A DNA stretch of 64,000 nt from Octopus vulgaris. Taxonomy: Eukaryota. Within the stretch, counting starts at the first letter, position 1. Each line of letters starts with the position of its first letter. The notes under the pieces were generated by a model that saw nothing but the letters and a program-made list of their open reading frames with translations, searched no databases and was not told the origin of the DNA. The stretch lies in NCBI GenBank assembly GCA_951406725.2, contig OX597821.1, forward strand, positions 23,126,001-23,190,000, read 5' to 3'. Positions 27,375 to 39,874 of the stretch are shown here, piece by piece. A program made the position numbers and the translations under genes.

Positions 27375-27504
27375 GAAAAATACAAACTGGGACGAGAACG
27401 TAAAACATTTAGAAGACGATACAAAAAACACGGTCGGGACATTCGAAGCCTTCAATCTTCAGTCAAGAACCGGATCATCCTAGCAATTTCGGCTGATTAT
27501 ATAA

Positions 27505-28260
27505 GGAAATGAAAGAGAAAGAAGATAACTATGAACAAATACTTCGGGATCTCCAGCTTCAATACCCAGATTATGAATTCATATTTATACCAGTAATAAT
27601 TAGTGCATTTAGTTTTGTGAGTACATGCCTAAGTGACAGTCTGAATAAGCTGAGAGTTTCAGAAAAAAAGAAATCAACAAAGTAACTCGCACATTTTTAT
27701 ATATAAAAGTAAGGTTGTGTGTCTGTCTCCTACGATTTAGATTTCTAACTACTCCCACATTTTGCGGTGCAGTTTAACCAAAACCGGGTATCTTATAGTC
27801 GTGAGTCATATCGAGCCCTTCTGGGTATTAGCGTGCGTCTACGATGAGTCTACGATTTAAAAAAAAATTACCATCATTTTTTTCCATTTTAATGCATTTT
27901 TTCGCTATTAAATAAGGGAAGTAACTCTCTAAAAATGTCTACGATGAGTCAACGATTTAAAAAAATTTACCATAATTTTTTTTCCATTTTTAATGCATCT
28001 TTTGCTATTTTTTGGGCTATAACTCTCTAAATATGCTTATATAGTTATTTCCCTTACAAACCCGAGCAACGCCGGGCGATACTGCTAGTTACAAATACAA
28101 TCTGTAAGCAGAACAATAAGCATATGCAAATCTCTTCTCAAGTTCAAGTTAAGAATTTCTTTTTGTTACTTACATTTCAACGACTGAACTTTGTATTTTT
28201 GTTAGAGACCGGCTCCCTCTGCACAGGAAGATATCAAGTAATTAAAAGTAGGAGAAAACT
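27505..28260 (+). mobile_element. 3' fragment of an RLE-type non-LTR retrotransposon split by a Helitron
   Basis: Peptide KKEDNYEQILRDLQLQYPDYEFIFIPVIISAF...LQIQSVSRTISICKSLLKF across the insertion. Confidence 0.55.
27694..28088 (+). mobile_element. Non-autonomous Helitron
   Basis: Ends CCCGAGCAACGCCGGGCGATACTGCTAG|T; matches 21637-22032. Confidence 0.88.
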
Positions 28261-28813
28261 TACATGGTGATTACTGCACCTGCACAGGTGATTGCCATCT
28301 CCTTGTACGTCTTCGTTGTTAATAGTATTTCTGATTTCCATTCATAACCTGTCAGATAACAATTCGGTCATGTTGTACATCTGTATGGTTTAAAGAATAT
28401 GTGAGAGACGAAAGTAGTATCTTACCATGCGCTTCCGACTGGTCAGGTCTGCTTATTTCCTTGGGACTTTCTGCTTAACCACCAGTGTTATAGTCTGTTC
28501 TTACATCTCCGTAACTTAGCGATTCGGCAATAAAAGAACAATAGAATAGGTACCAAACTTCAAGCAAATAATAATAATAATAATTCAGAGCATAAAGACG
28601 GATGAAATACCTATTTCTTTATTACCCACAAGGGGCTAAAACACAGAGGGAACAAACAAGGACAGACATAGGTATTAAGTCGATTACATCGACCCCAGTG
28701 CCTAACTGGTACTTAATTTATCGACCCCGAAAGGATGAAAGGCAAAGTCGACCTAGGCGGAATTTGTACACATACGCACATGTATACATACATTCACTCG
28801 CACGCACGCACGT

Positions 28814-28876
<63 letters not shown>

Positions 28877-29948
28877 ACACGCACACACATACACACGTAC
28901 AAACACACACACCAGCACATATGCCCACATATACCTCCAACAAACAATACTCATACAGATACGCACACATTTATACACACATGGGCACAGACACACACAC
29001 ACATACATGCACGTAAGCGCACACACGCACACGCACGCACATTACGCCCACACAACTCCAAAAAACCCCCATACACACGCATACACAAATTCACATACAC
29101 ACCGATACATATACATACACACAATATATGCCTACACGCGCACACACACATACACATACGTATACACATATAGGCACAGACACACACACACATACGCACA
29201 CAAACATGCGCACACATACGCACGCACACACGCACACCAATACACACACCCAAAACTCACAACCCCACGGATACACGCACATACGACACGCACGCACATA
29301 CACACACACACACACACACAAATGAACCCACGCATACATCCCATACACACGGCACACAATTATACATACACGCACACAATTATACATACATATATATACA
29401 CACATACGTACGTACAAGCACACACGCACACATACACTAAGTAAAGCACGGTTATTCGCCACACACCCAAACTTTACGCATACACACACGAACACACACA
29501 TACACACACACACACTACAAACAAAACACACGCGATTCATATACATACACGCGCACACACACATACTTCAAAGTACTGACCTGTAACAGGGACAAAAAAC
29601 ACCACTCCTTATTCTTACAAACTAGCCAGCCTTACTACTAGCCTGTTGTTTACAGCTACAACCACACACACATGCACACACACACACACGCACACACACA
29701 CACATACACGTGTCATCTTTGCACATATACACACACACACGCACACGCAGACCACCGCGCACGCACACATTCACACTTACACACACATTCCCCCTCCTAA
29801 CATTCTGCTGTCTTTGACTATACTACTCTTCTGTCTTTGAAAACATCTTTCTTCACCCTTTCCCTTCCGGTCTTTCAAAATGTGACCTCGTGTGTACCGT
29901 CGGCGATTTTTTTCCTCTGTCTTCCCTTCTCTGGATCTTTCCTTCTAT

Positions 29949-29983
29949 GTTTCCGACGAAGAGCTCCGCTCGGAACGTTAAAC
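29949..29983 (+). ncRNA. Degenerate minimal hammerhead motif in a Penelope-like pLTR fragment
   Basis: GUUU-CCGACGA-AGAGC.UCC.GCUC-GGAAC-GUU-AAAC; related copies near 26803 and 33721; downstream flank also at 17200-17290 (minus). Confidence 0.45.
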
Positions 29984-31583
29984 CCTCCTTCTTTCCTGAG
30001 CGTCCAATAATACTATATTTGTTCCACGTCCTCGCATTGTTGTGTTTTTTTGTGTTTTCTTTTTTGGATTAACTATATATGCATATTTATATATACACGT
30101 ATGTATGCATACATACATACATACATACATACATACATACATACATACACATGCTTGTATATCAGCGCGAGCGAGAGAGCACACACACACACACACTCAT
30201 GCATTACTCCCCACGGTAGATGATCATTATTAAGTGTTAGTGAGAACTTTCTTACCGACGTGCTCATACAAATATTGATATAAATTAAAATTATTTATGA
30301 GTTAAAAAACATTGATTCTACACAGTGAGAAGATAAACAAAATAAAAGAGTCAACTTCCGATATGCGATATAAAAGAGATATGCAGGTGAAATTCAGAAG
30401 TATGTTTAACAAACAACCATTCGGCCTTGCTAAATAAATAGATTCTTGCTAAATAAACAAACGTATTTAAAGTAATGTTCATACGATCTACTAAGAACAA
30501 GGCTGTCGGCGAAAGGACATTACTTGAATAATGAATACACGCTTCTCGTGAATGAACTGATATGCAAATGAGATCAACCATCTCCTCCCTGTTGCTTCCG
30601 TAAATTCTTTATGTAAATAAGCTGGCTTTTTATCTTCTCCCCCACTTTCACTTTCCCTCTAGTTCTTTGTATGTGCATGTGTGCGTGTGTGTGTGTGTGA
30701 GAGAGAGAGTGTGTTTGCTTATTTGCCAAGTTTTCGTTGCCTATTTGTCTATCTCTCACCCTCTCTATATCTCTATCTCCCCCCCTCTCTCTCTCTCTCT
30801 CTCCCTCTCTAACTTATCTGTCTGTTTGAATGTCTCTCTCTTTCTCGTCCTGTCTCTCACAACTTCTCTCTTTGCCTGTCTGTTTCTCTCATCTCACCCG
30901 TCTCTCTCTCTCTCTCTGTCTGTCTGTTTGAATGTCTATCTGTCTGTCCCCCTCTCTCTCTCTCTCTCTCTCTCAGACAAATGTGATTTGAAGACATTGA
31001 AACGGTTACAAACCAACCGAAATTAACTGAACTGAACCTGAGTTCAGCTTGCGTGTTCTTATTGTCTAAATCAAGGTCTTATGTACATGGTCAGGGTAAA
31101 CATCCGCATGCGAATTTATAAACAATTTAATCTACTCACTCAGTAACTGGTGCCTTACAAATTTAATTTAGTTACACACAAACGCACACACACACACACA
31201 CGCGTATGCACACACACATACACACACACACATACACACACACACACACGTATGCATGCACACATATTTCATGTGGTGCACGTAAGAGCCAGTACTGTAA
31301 TTAGATCATTGAACCGAAGATGTCTTTGACTGAGGAGACACGCAAAAAGGTCGAAACTCCACAATGACTTGTAAAAACTAAAACATGCATCTGTATGTTT
31401 TAGTGTATATATGTATATTATTGATGGTTTGGTATGTGCATATGCTGCTAAATGTATATGTAATCCAACGTGAAAATCTTTTTTGAACGGATATACCTTT
31501 TAATGTATTAATTGATTAATATTTTACAATTAATTATTTACCCTGAGTATTTAGACTCTGTCCCTCTTTATTAGCTTTTTTTG

Positions 31584-31944
31584 AGGATCTTTTCTTTTTG
31601 ATGGACGGAATTTTCTAGTTAACTAAAAAATTTGAAACTTCGTATACTGGTAGAATGTGTCAAAAGAAAACATTATTGTAAACAAAACTGAAAACAAAAT
31701 TGTAATTTGTAAGTTTAACGTAGTGTGTGTGCTGTTTACTTAGACGCAGAACTGAATTGAGCTCAAATGCTGGGATTTCATTGGTTAAAATTCGAAGAAT
31801 TAAACTACGTTAAACTTACAAATTACAATTTTGTTTTCAATTTTGTTTACAATAATGTTTTCTTTTGACACATTCTACCAGTATACGAAGTTTCAAATTG
31901 TTTAGTTAACTAGAAAATTCCGTCCATCAAAAAGAAAAGATCCT
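31584..31944. repeat. Foldback/MITE-like element with ~141-bp arms and 79-bp spacer
   Basis: 31584-31724 is the reverse complement of 31804-31944 with about 2 mismatches. Confidence 0.9.
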
Positions 31945-32208
31945 TTTTTTATTTAAGGTTTTCTTTGATTTCATAATAAGATGATTATATACTGAAATTT
32001 GTTTATTTCATGTAACCGGTCATTGTAAAGACCGTTAGTTGAAAGGACCAATAAAACAAAACCATTTTCAAATGTGCATCCATTAAACTAATTGTATTTG
32101 TTTGCTTATAACCTTATTTCTGTTCCTTTCTAAACAAAACCGTCCGATGAACGGCAAAACTGTTACTCTGAGTAACAGTTTGCGCGATATTTTTGCTGCT
32201 ATTTAATA

Positions 32209-32270
<62 letters not shown>

Positions 32271-32300
32271 GTGCGTGCGTGCGTGAGTGCGTGTGTGAGC

Positions 32301-32341
<41 letters not shown>

Positions 32342-33036
32342 ACCGCCAAGGTGCCGTCCGGGGCGGGTGGATGTCTGCATGCATGTATGTGCAATCGGTT
32401 GAGTTTCTCTGTTTGCGATAGTACCTCTTATGTTATTTATTTATTTATTTATTTATTTATGATTTGGTTGTGTATGTGGGTATGTCTGTGTGTATGTGTG
32501 TATGTGTGTGGGTGTGTGTGTGTGTGTGTATACATATAACTAGGTATGTATGTGCGCACGCTTTGTGGATGTGCGTGCGCGTGTGTATGTTTCCTAGCTA
32601 ACTAACCGTAAAATTTCTATTGTAATTCAAATTTAAAAGTATAGGCCAATCGAATCCATCTGTGTAAATTAATACCATGCAGGCAGGGGAATTCGACTGA
32701 TTGCGTATATATGCGGATGTCCGCTTGCATTGGATGGTACCGTCGTGGTAATATTAGCTTTATTGACTTTTTGTGAAATGACACATTTTAATATATTGGA
32801 CTGTTTAATATATATGCCTGCATTGAGTGTGAGTATGTCTGTTGTGGTTTCTTGATGTTGGTTGAGGAGCTGTGGAGTTCAATATGGAACATTATTGTGT
32901 TTGTTGATGTATATTGATCTATATTGTTTTTATTGTATTATTGTGTATATATATATATGTAAGAATATGAGTGTGTATGCACACATATTTATATTTATAT
33001 GTAAATTATTTAGGATTTGTACTTACTTGCATTAAA

Positions 33037-33149
33037 ATCTCTGAAGAGGCCGTGAGATATTCTTGTTAATGTCTCAATTATACCTGCTTTATATGGCTAA
33101 TAGGTTAAATGAGACATACCTGTCTTCACGGCCGAAACAGCTGTGAGCT
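33037..33149 (+). ncRNA. Hammerhead-like motif with long stem II
   Basis: CUGAAGA-GGCCGUGA...UCACGGCC-GAAAC-AGCU-GUG; palindromic stem III ACAGCUGU; GUG triplet is non-canonical. Confidence 0.6.
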
Positions 33150-33294
33150 ACAATGTAAATGTATTTCTATGTCTTGTTATATTTGTACTATATTAATGTA
33201 TAATATCATTGCTATTATGTAGTGGTTTAATAAAGTATTGATTGGGTATTATCTGAGAGTTGATGATTGATTTAGATATATTTCTCCATTTTCT

Positions 33295-33361
<67 letters not shown>

Positions 33362-33364
<3 letters not shown>

Positions 33365-33683
33365 TTTACTTTTTCAGTCATTTGACTGCGGGCATAGTAG
33401 AACACCGCCTTGAAGGATTTTAGTGAAACAGATCAACCCCAGGTCTTATTACTTTTCATGCTTAGTACTTATTCTATCGGTCCTTTTTACCGAACCGCTA
33501 AGTTACGGGGAGGTAAATGTATTAACACCGGTTGTCAAGTGTTGATGGTGAGCGGACACAACACAGGCACAAATACATACATACATACATACATACATAC
33601 ATACATACATACATACATACATACGTATACATACTACATACATAAATACATACATACATACATAAATACATACATACATAAAT

Positions 33684-33722
<39 letters not shown>

Positions 33723-33998
33723 GGCTCGAAACGTGAAAAACTTTTTCATTTTCCTGAGCGTCAAACTAATACACTTGCTTGTTATTCATACACCTGTCTT
33801 CACCTTTTGTTTTTCTATAAATTTCAACTATATATATATATACGACGGATTTATCTGTTTCCGTCTACCAAATCCACTCACAAGGCTTTGGTTGGTCTGA
33901 GGTTATAGTACAAGACACTTGCTTCAAATTGCCACGCAGTTGAACCGGAAAATAAACCATGTTTTAGAAGCAAGCTTCTTACCACACAGCCACGCCTG
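33362..33998 (-). mobile_element. Older SINE family A copy split at its microsatellite by a Penelope-like fragment (33721-33830)
   Basis: SINE 3' half 33362-33570, 5' half 33843-33998. Confidence 0.7.
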
Positions 33999-34315
33999 CG
34001 TCTCTCTGTCGATATATATATATATATATATATATGTAAAAAGTAAAAAATATATACAAACTGGGACAAGGACGTGAAACACCTAGAAGACGACACAAGA
34101 ACCACAGGACGGGACATTCGAAGCTCTCAGTCATCAGTCAAGAACCGGATCATCTTCGCAATTTCGGCTGATATACACATACATACACACACAAATACAC
34201 ACATACATATATATACATAATACATACATACATACATACATACATACATACATACATACATACATACATACATACATACATACATACATACATACATACA
34301 TACGTACATACATAC

Positions 34316-34367
<52 letters not shown>

Positions 34368-34733
34368 CGAAAAGGATTTATTCCAAAAATTTAGCAAAAA
34401 CACAGCAAACGGAAAATTCGTAGCTAATTCCTTATGAGTCAACGTTCCAATGATCATAACAATTTCATATTGTTCACTTTTGGTGGCGCAAGTGGCGAGA
34501 AGCTACTGGGATTAACTAACGAACATACTGAACAATGACGAAAGCAAACACGACTTAAAATAATTATACATGTACAACGAGAAGGTGTGCGGCCGCCGCA
34601 AGATGCTCTGATATGGAATAAGGCAAAGGAAAATGGAAATGTCCTATAGGACAGGAAACGAAAAAGGGACAGAGAGAAAGTGAGAACGAAAGGTGTAGAA
34701 AAGAAACCTTGTGAAAAAACAAAAAGTGGAGAA

Positions 34734-34776
<43 letters not shown>

Positions 34777-34778
34777 TG

Positions 34779-35229
34779 GTATTTGCAAAGGGAGGTCATC
34801 CCTCTCTCGTAAACCTAAGCGATACGCACGGGCTGCAGTTTCGAGGTAATTTGCCTCTTGTCAAAATACGGTAATCACCGGTTTACGATAAAAGGAAGAC
34901 CTGTTTGCAAATACTTATAGGTTTTTCTAGTGACTTCCGTCACTGATTTCGAAAAACTGTCTGCAAGCAATAATAAATCTCTGAGCGAGGTGTAAACAGT
35001 AACCGCTCGGCAACGTAAAGTATACTAGCCATATCAATATGGCTAACCACTAAGGGTTAAATCAGTGACGGAAGTCACTAGAAAAACCTATAAGTATTTG
35101 CAAACAGGTCTTCCTTTTATCGTAAACCGGTGACTGCTGTACGTTGACAAGAGGCAAATTACCTCGAAACTACAGTCCGTGCGTATCGCTTAGGTTTACG
35201 AGAGAGGGATGACCTCCCTTTGCAAATAT
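34779..35229. repeat. Inverted repeat, ~170-bp arms (34779-34949 and 35059-35229)
   Basis: ATTTGCAAAGGGAGGTCATCC...GTCACTGATTT mirrored; further partial copies at 35306 and 36130. Confidence 0.9.
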
Positions 35230-35462
35230 CATAAGGGCACAGAAAGTGTGCCTAAAGCTAGCTGGAGACGATGATCTCCTGGGGCTAAAAGCTACAGTAA
35301 CACCCACCCTTAGTGGTTAGCCATATTGAGATGGCTAGTATACTTTACATTATAGTATAACTATGCTACAGAAAGTATTTTTTGCACCTATATTGACTAC
35401 ATTTCGTTTCGCTTGGACTTCGTGTGTGCACATTTTGCTGTTTTTAATATTATCAATTCTAT

Positions 35463-35503
<41 letters not shown>

Positions 35504-35556
35504 TGCGTGTGTGTGTATTTCTCCGTTCGTTACGGCTATAGTAAACTATAGTAAAG

Positions 35557-35854
35557 AACATTTTATGCTGTTTTAATGAGCTCACATCTAATGAAGTAGC
35601 CATCCTTATGGTTGGTGATCCCATTGGAAATCATGATATTCTCATTCGTGTTCAAGATAACCTTAAACGTGTTCCACAGACTCAGCCCTCTTATGATGCT
35701 CTCCAGTATAATCTTATTCTGTAGAATGGTCAAGATGGGTATTATTTCAGTATTCCTCGGATTGAATCTGCAACAGGATAGCCAATTACAAACAAAAGGG
35801 TGTCGTCAAATGACTTCTATTCTTACCAACTGATGTTAAGACCAGAGCAATCAA
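35557..35854 (+). pseudogene. Helitron RepHel coding fragment
   Basis: Translation FNELTSNEVAILMVGDPIGNHDILIR...QPSYDALQYNLIL*NGQDGY...KRVSSNDFYSYQLMLR resembles the conserved pre-Rep region; in-frame stops. Confidence 0.8.
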
Positions 35855-36033
35855 ATACTTTCTGCTATAGGCACAAGGCCTGAAATGTCTGGGGAGGGGA
35901 CCGGTCACTGGCACTTAATTTATCGACTCCAAAAGGATGAAAGGCAAAGCTGACCCCGGCGGCATTTGAACAGGCAAAATACCACTCAAGCAATTTTGCC
36001 CGCACGCTAACGATTCTGCCAGCTCGCCGCCTT
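35855..36033 (-). mobile_element. SINE family D with 13-bp TSD
   Basis: TSD CCAGAGCAATCAA at 35842-35854 and 36034-36046; head GGCGGCGAGCTGGCAGAATCGTTAG. Confidence 0.85.
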
Positions 36034-36710
36034 CCAGAGCAATCAACTCAATTACACATGTTAAATAAACTTTATTTTCATTTACATATTTTCTATGTTA
36101 TCTCAACAACCAGCTATAGCCAGCTGGAGACGATAAAAGGAAGACCTGTTTGCAAATACTTATACGTTTTTCTAGTGACTTCCGTCACTGATTTAACCCT
36201 TAGTGGTTAGCCATATTGATATGGCTAGTATACTTTACGTTGTCGAGCGGTTACTGTTTACATCTCGCTCAGAGATTTATTACTGCTTGCAGACAGTTAT
36301 TTCAAATGCACTTCTCTACAATACGCTTCTCTACAACGACCAGGTTTCATTACCAAAATGAAAATAGCTTCACTCTTTCAGTTTGAACCAAAATTGCGAG
36401 AGTGATGATGTGTGACTAATGAAAGTAATGTTTCTCCAAATTAGTTACATGAGTATTATAATAAAGAAAGCTGCTTATTATCTATCCACCAAATAAATTA
36501 TGTTTTTGACTCAACAACTCTTTTTTACAACTAAAATAACCTCGACAACTACGTTGCTTTCAATGTATTACTTTCGTCACGCACACGTAGAATTCTACTC
36601 AGACAAACATTTATGAAAATGTACACATAAATATTGTATTAAAATAAGCCACAACCAAAAAATTGTATAAAAATATATCAATTTTTCTATATGTTATGAG
36701 AGAAATACAG

Positions 36711-36746
<36 letters not shown>

Positions 36747-36891
36747 GCACAAAAAAGATGTATGCATATGTATTTATGGGCGAAGGTCAAGAATACGCAC
36801 TCCCTGTGTTTACGGTTAGCATTACGCTGAACACGAGTGGTGTGCGTATTCTTTACCTCTGCCTGTTTATGTACGTGTATATGAAAGATAA

Positions 36892-36938
<47 letters not shown>

Positions 36939-37025
36939 AGAGAGAGAGAGAGAGTGAGTGCCACTTGCACATACATGCAAAAACTTTCATACATCACAAC
37001 ACACACCCTCACTCATTCACGCTCT

Positions 37026-37080
<55 letters not shown>

Positions 37081-38977
37081 ACGTCCATTTCATATACACA
37101 TACATCTTACACTTTCTCCTCTCACTTCAAAACAAATGTCGCCTTTTCACTTTATTCTCTCTTCCAATTTCTGGTCTCTTCAAAGCATACAGAAATTTAA
37201 TCAATTTTACGGAAATTAACAAACAATCATATGATCCCATATATGTCGAGTTGACAACTTTGCTTCTTCAAATAAAAGAATGCCATAAAATAACTTCCTT
37301 TGACACACATGCATACACACAGTCCAAGTAAAACTTCTATGCGAATAATGTTAATTTGCACGTGCAAATTTACAACTCAAACCCAATTGAAATTATCTTT
37401 TTCTATCGTGTAATTTGTATTTGTGATGAGCGTATTTAAAAACCCGATCTTCGATATAAACTTAAAAGGAAGTTTTCCCAGAAATCCTGTCCTTTACCTC
37501 TTCTTTCTAGCATGTCCGAGGTAACATTTCCTCCCCACACCTTTTTTTCCTTCCAATTCCTATGTTTGCGATACAGGAGATTAGGATTTCACCCACAAAA
37601 CACGTTCTCAATAATTTCCTTTTCTCCCTCTCCACACCAAATATATTTTTTACTTCTTCCAAATCTTTATCCTTGGTAATCCATGGAGGAAAAACTGAGA
37701 GTACGTATCTTAAAAAAATGTTACCCATCACCTCACCACTTTCAAAAAGCTACACACTCCCAATGTTTCACTTTTAGCTTTTTGGAAAGCAAGTAAGTTT
37801 CTTCAGAAATAATGTCGTTTACCTGTTGTTTCTAGCATGTCGGGTTTTCTGGTGGTGGTGTGGTATTTTTGAAGTCTACTGTTTCAGTAGAATTCTACGC
37901 ATGTGAGAAACATCAGACAAAAGTAAAAAAAAAATTGGGAGATTTTAGCTTTTTGAAAGTGGGCATTGAGTGTTTCTTCAAGAAAAAGGAAACTATAGAT
38001 AAATAAATAAATAAAGAAAGAAAGAAAGAAAGAAAGAAATAAATAAAGAAAGAAATATATATATATATATATTTCCCAGATTCCTAATCTCTGTATTTTT
38101 CTCTGTAGATAATGAAAAAAAAATTGAAAAAAAGTTACAATTAAGACATTGCGGTAGGGATAGAGGGAAATTAAAATTTTGAAAACGTGATTTCTGGACA
38201 AAATCGTATTAATCACCTTTTAGACGATGAAACAACACAGTTTGTGATCCTTCTTAAGAACAGCAAATCTGTGGTATCAAGTGGAATATTTACTCCAACG
38301 ATATTTCTGCTTCAGCAAATCAGCACTGAATCTGTTTGAAATGTCATGGAAAGTAGGTCAGTTTCAAAACATTGATGTCCAGGTCACAAGAGCAAAGTTT
38401 TTAGGGAATAGTTGTAAACCCATGCAAATTGTACCCTCACCCTTCACTATTAAATTGAAAAATAACTTACATTATTCCATTAACTATATATCAGCTGTGC
38501 CAATTCTGCCCATGAGAAATGAGCAAATAATTTAATGTGCTTGAGGTCATAACAACCGGGCAACTCCGGGATACATTGCTAGTGTGTGTGTGTGTGTGTG
38601 TATACACACACACATACACATATATATATATATATATATTGTTAGAAGCTGCCGTCGCTCAACTCGAACTAGAGCGACGACGACGCCCACGCTCAGTCAA
38701 ACGGGAATCCGCCACAGAAACGGTTGTGGATTGATATGTTTTTTTCTGTGCAGCAACATGCAGTGAGTGGCTTTTGAGTCCCAAATGCTGTTTATACCAG
38801 TGATGAATTTATATGTGCCTTGTTACAAATATGGCTCATCAGCTAGAATGGTCTAACCCTAACAAAATATTTTGTTGGAGTTGCGATTAAGAGTTCAATG
38901 CTTATTTACTCCCATGCTTATCTTTCAGTTCTTTATTCAATGTAGCTGAACATAGCTTTTTCTGAACTTTTTGTCTA

Positions 38978-39090
<113 letters not shown>

Positions 39091-39156
39091 CAATAAGAGG
39101 CTTCCAAATACGAAAGCGTTATATATATAATATATATATATATATACATATATATT

Positions 39157-39238
<82 letters not shown>

Positions 39239-39794
39239 TATATACATACACATAAATATAAGAGAGCAACCACTATATGGTCTACTCTAGCACTAAAAAT
39301 AGATCCACTGGGCTTCAGCCACATAAAAAATGTTTCCGATGAATATTAGCACAACTACTGGCGCAGACAGGACAAATAAACATAACAAAAAGTCAAATTA
39401 GTTCGGGACAATTGTTTCGCTATTAATAAATTAATAAATTATGTAATTTTACTCACATAATATACCTTTATTTGTAGCTCCTCGGCCGAACCCATTCAGA
39501 ATACAATTAACTCGACCGCACGCTAGACTTTACCAACACGATAAACGCACGTGTGGACCAGCCAATTGCATTTGCTGCTATAGTTTAAGTGCCCCTGTCA
39601 TGGCCACCCAAAACTCACGGAAACATATACTACATCCAAAATTAAATGTAGCATAGTTACAATCAACTAATGAGGGTGAGAAAGTTGTATACTAATTTAA
39701 TAGTACATCCATTTAACATACACATATATATATATATACATATATATATACATACATATATATATACATATATATATATACATATATATACATA

Positions 39795-39836
<42 letters not shown>

Positions 39837-39874
39837 CATACATATACATACATACATACATATATATATACATA

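Noticed and set aside
28370-28420. Minus-strand HIFFKPYRC resembling a C2H2 linker
   Set aside because: Immediate stop and no second Cys/His pair; likely chance
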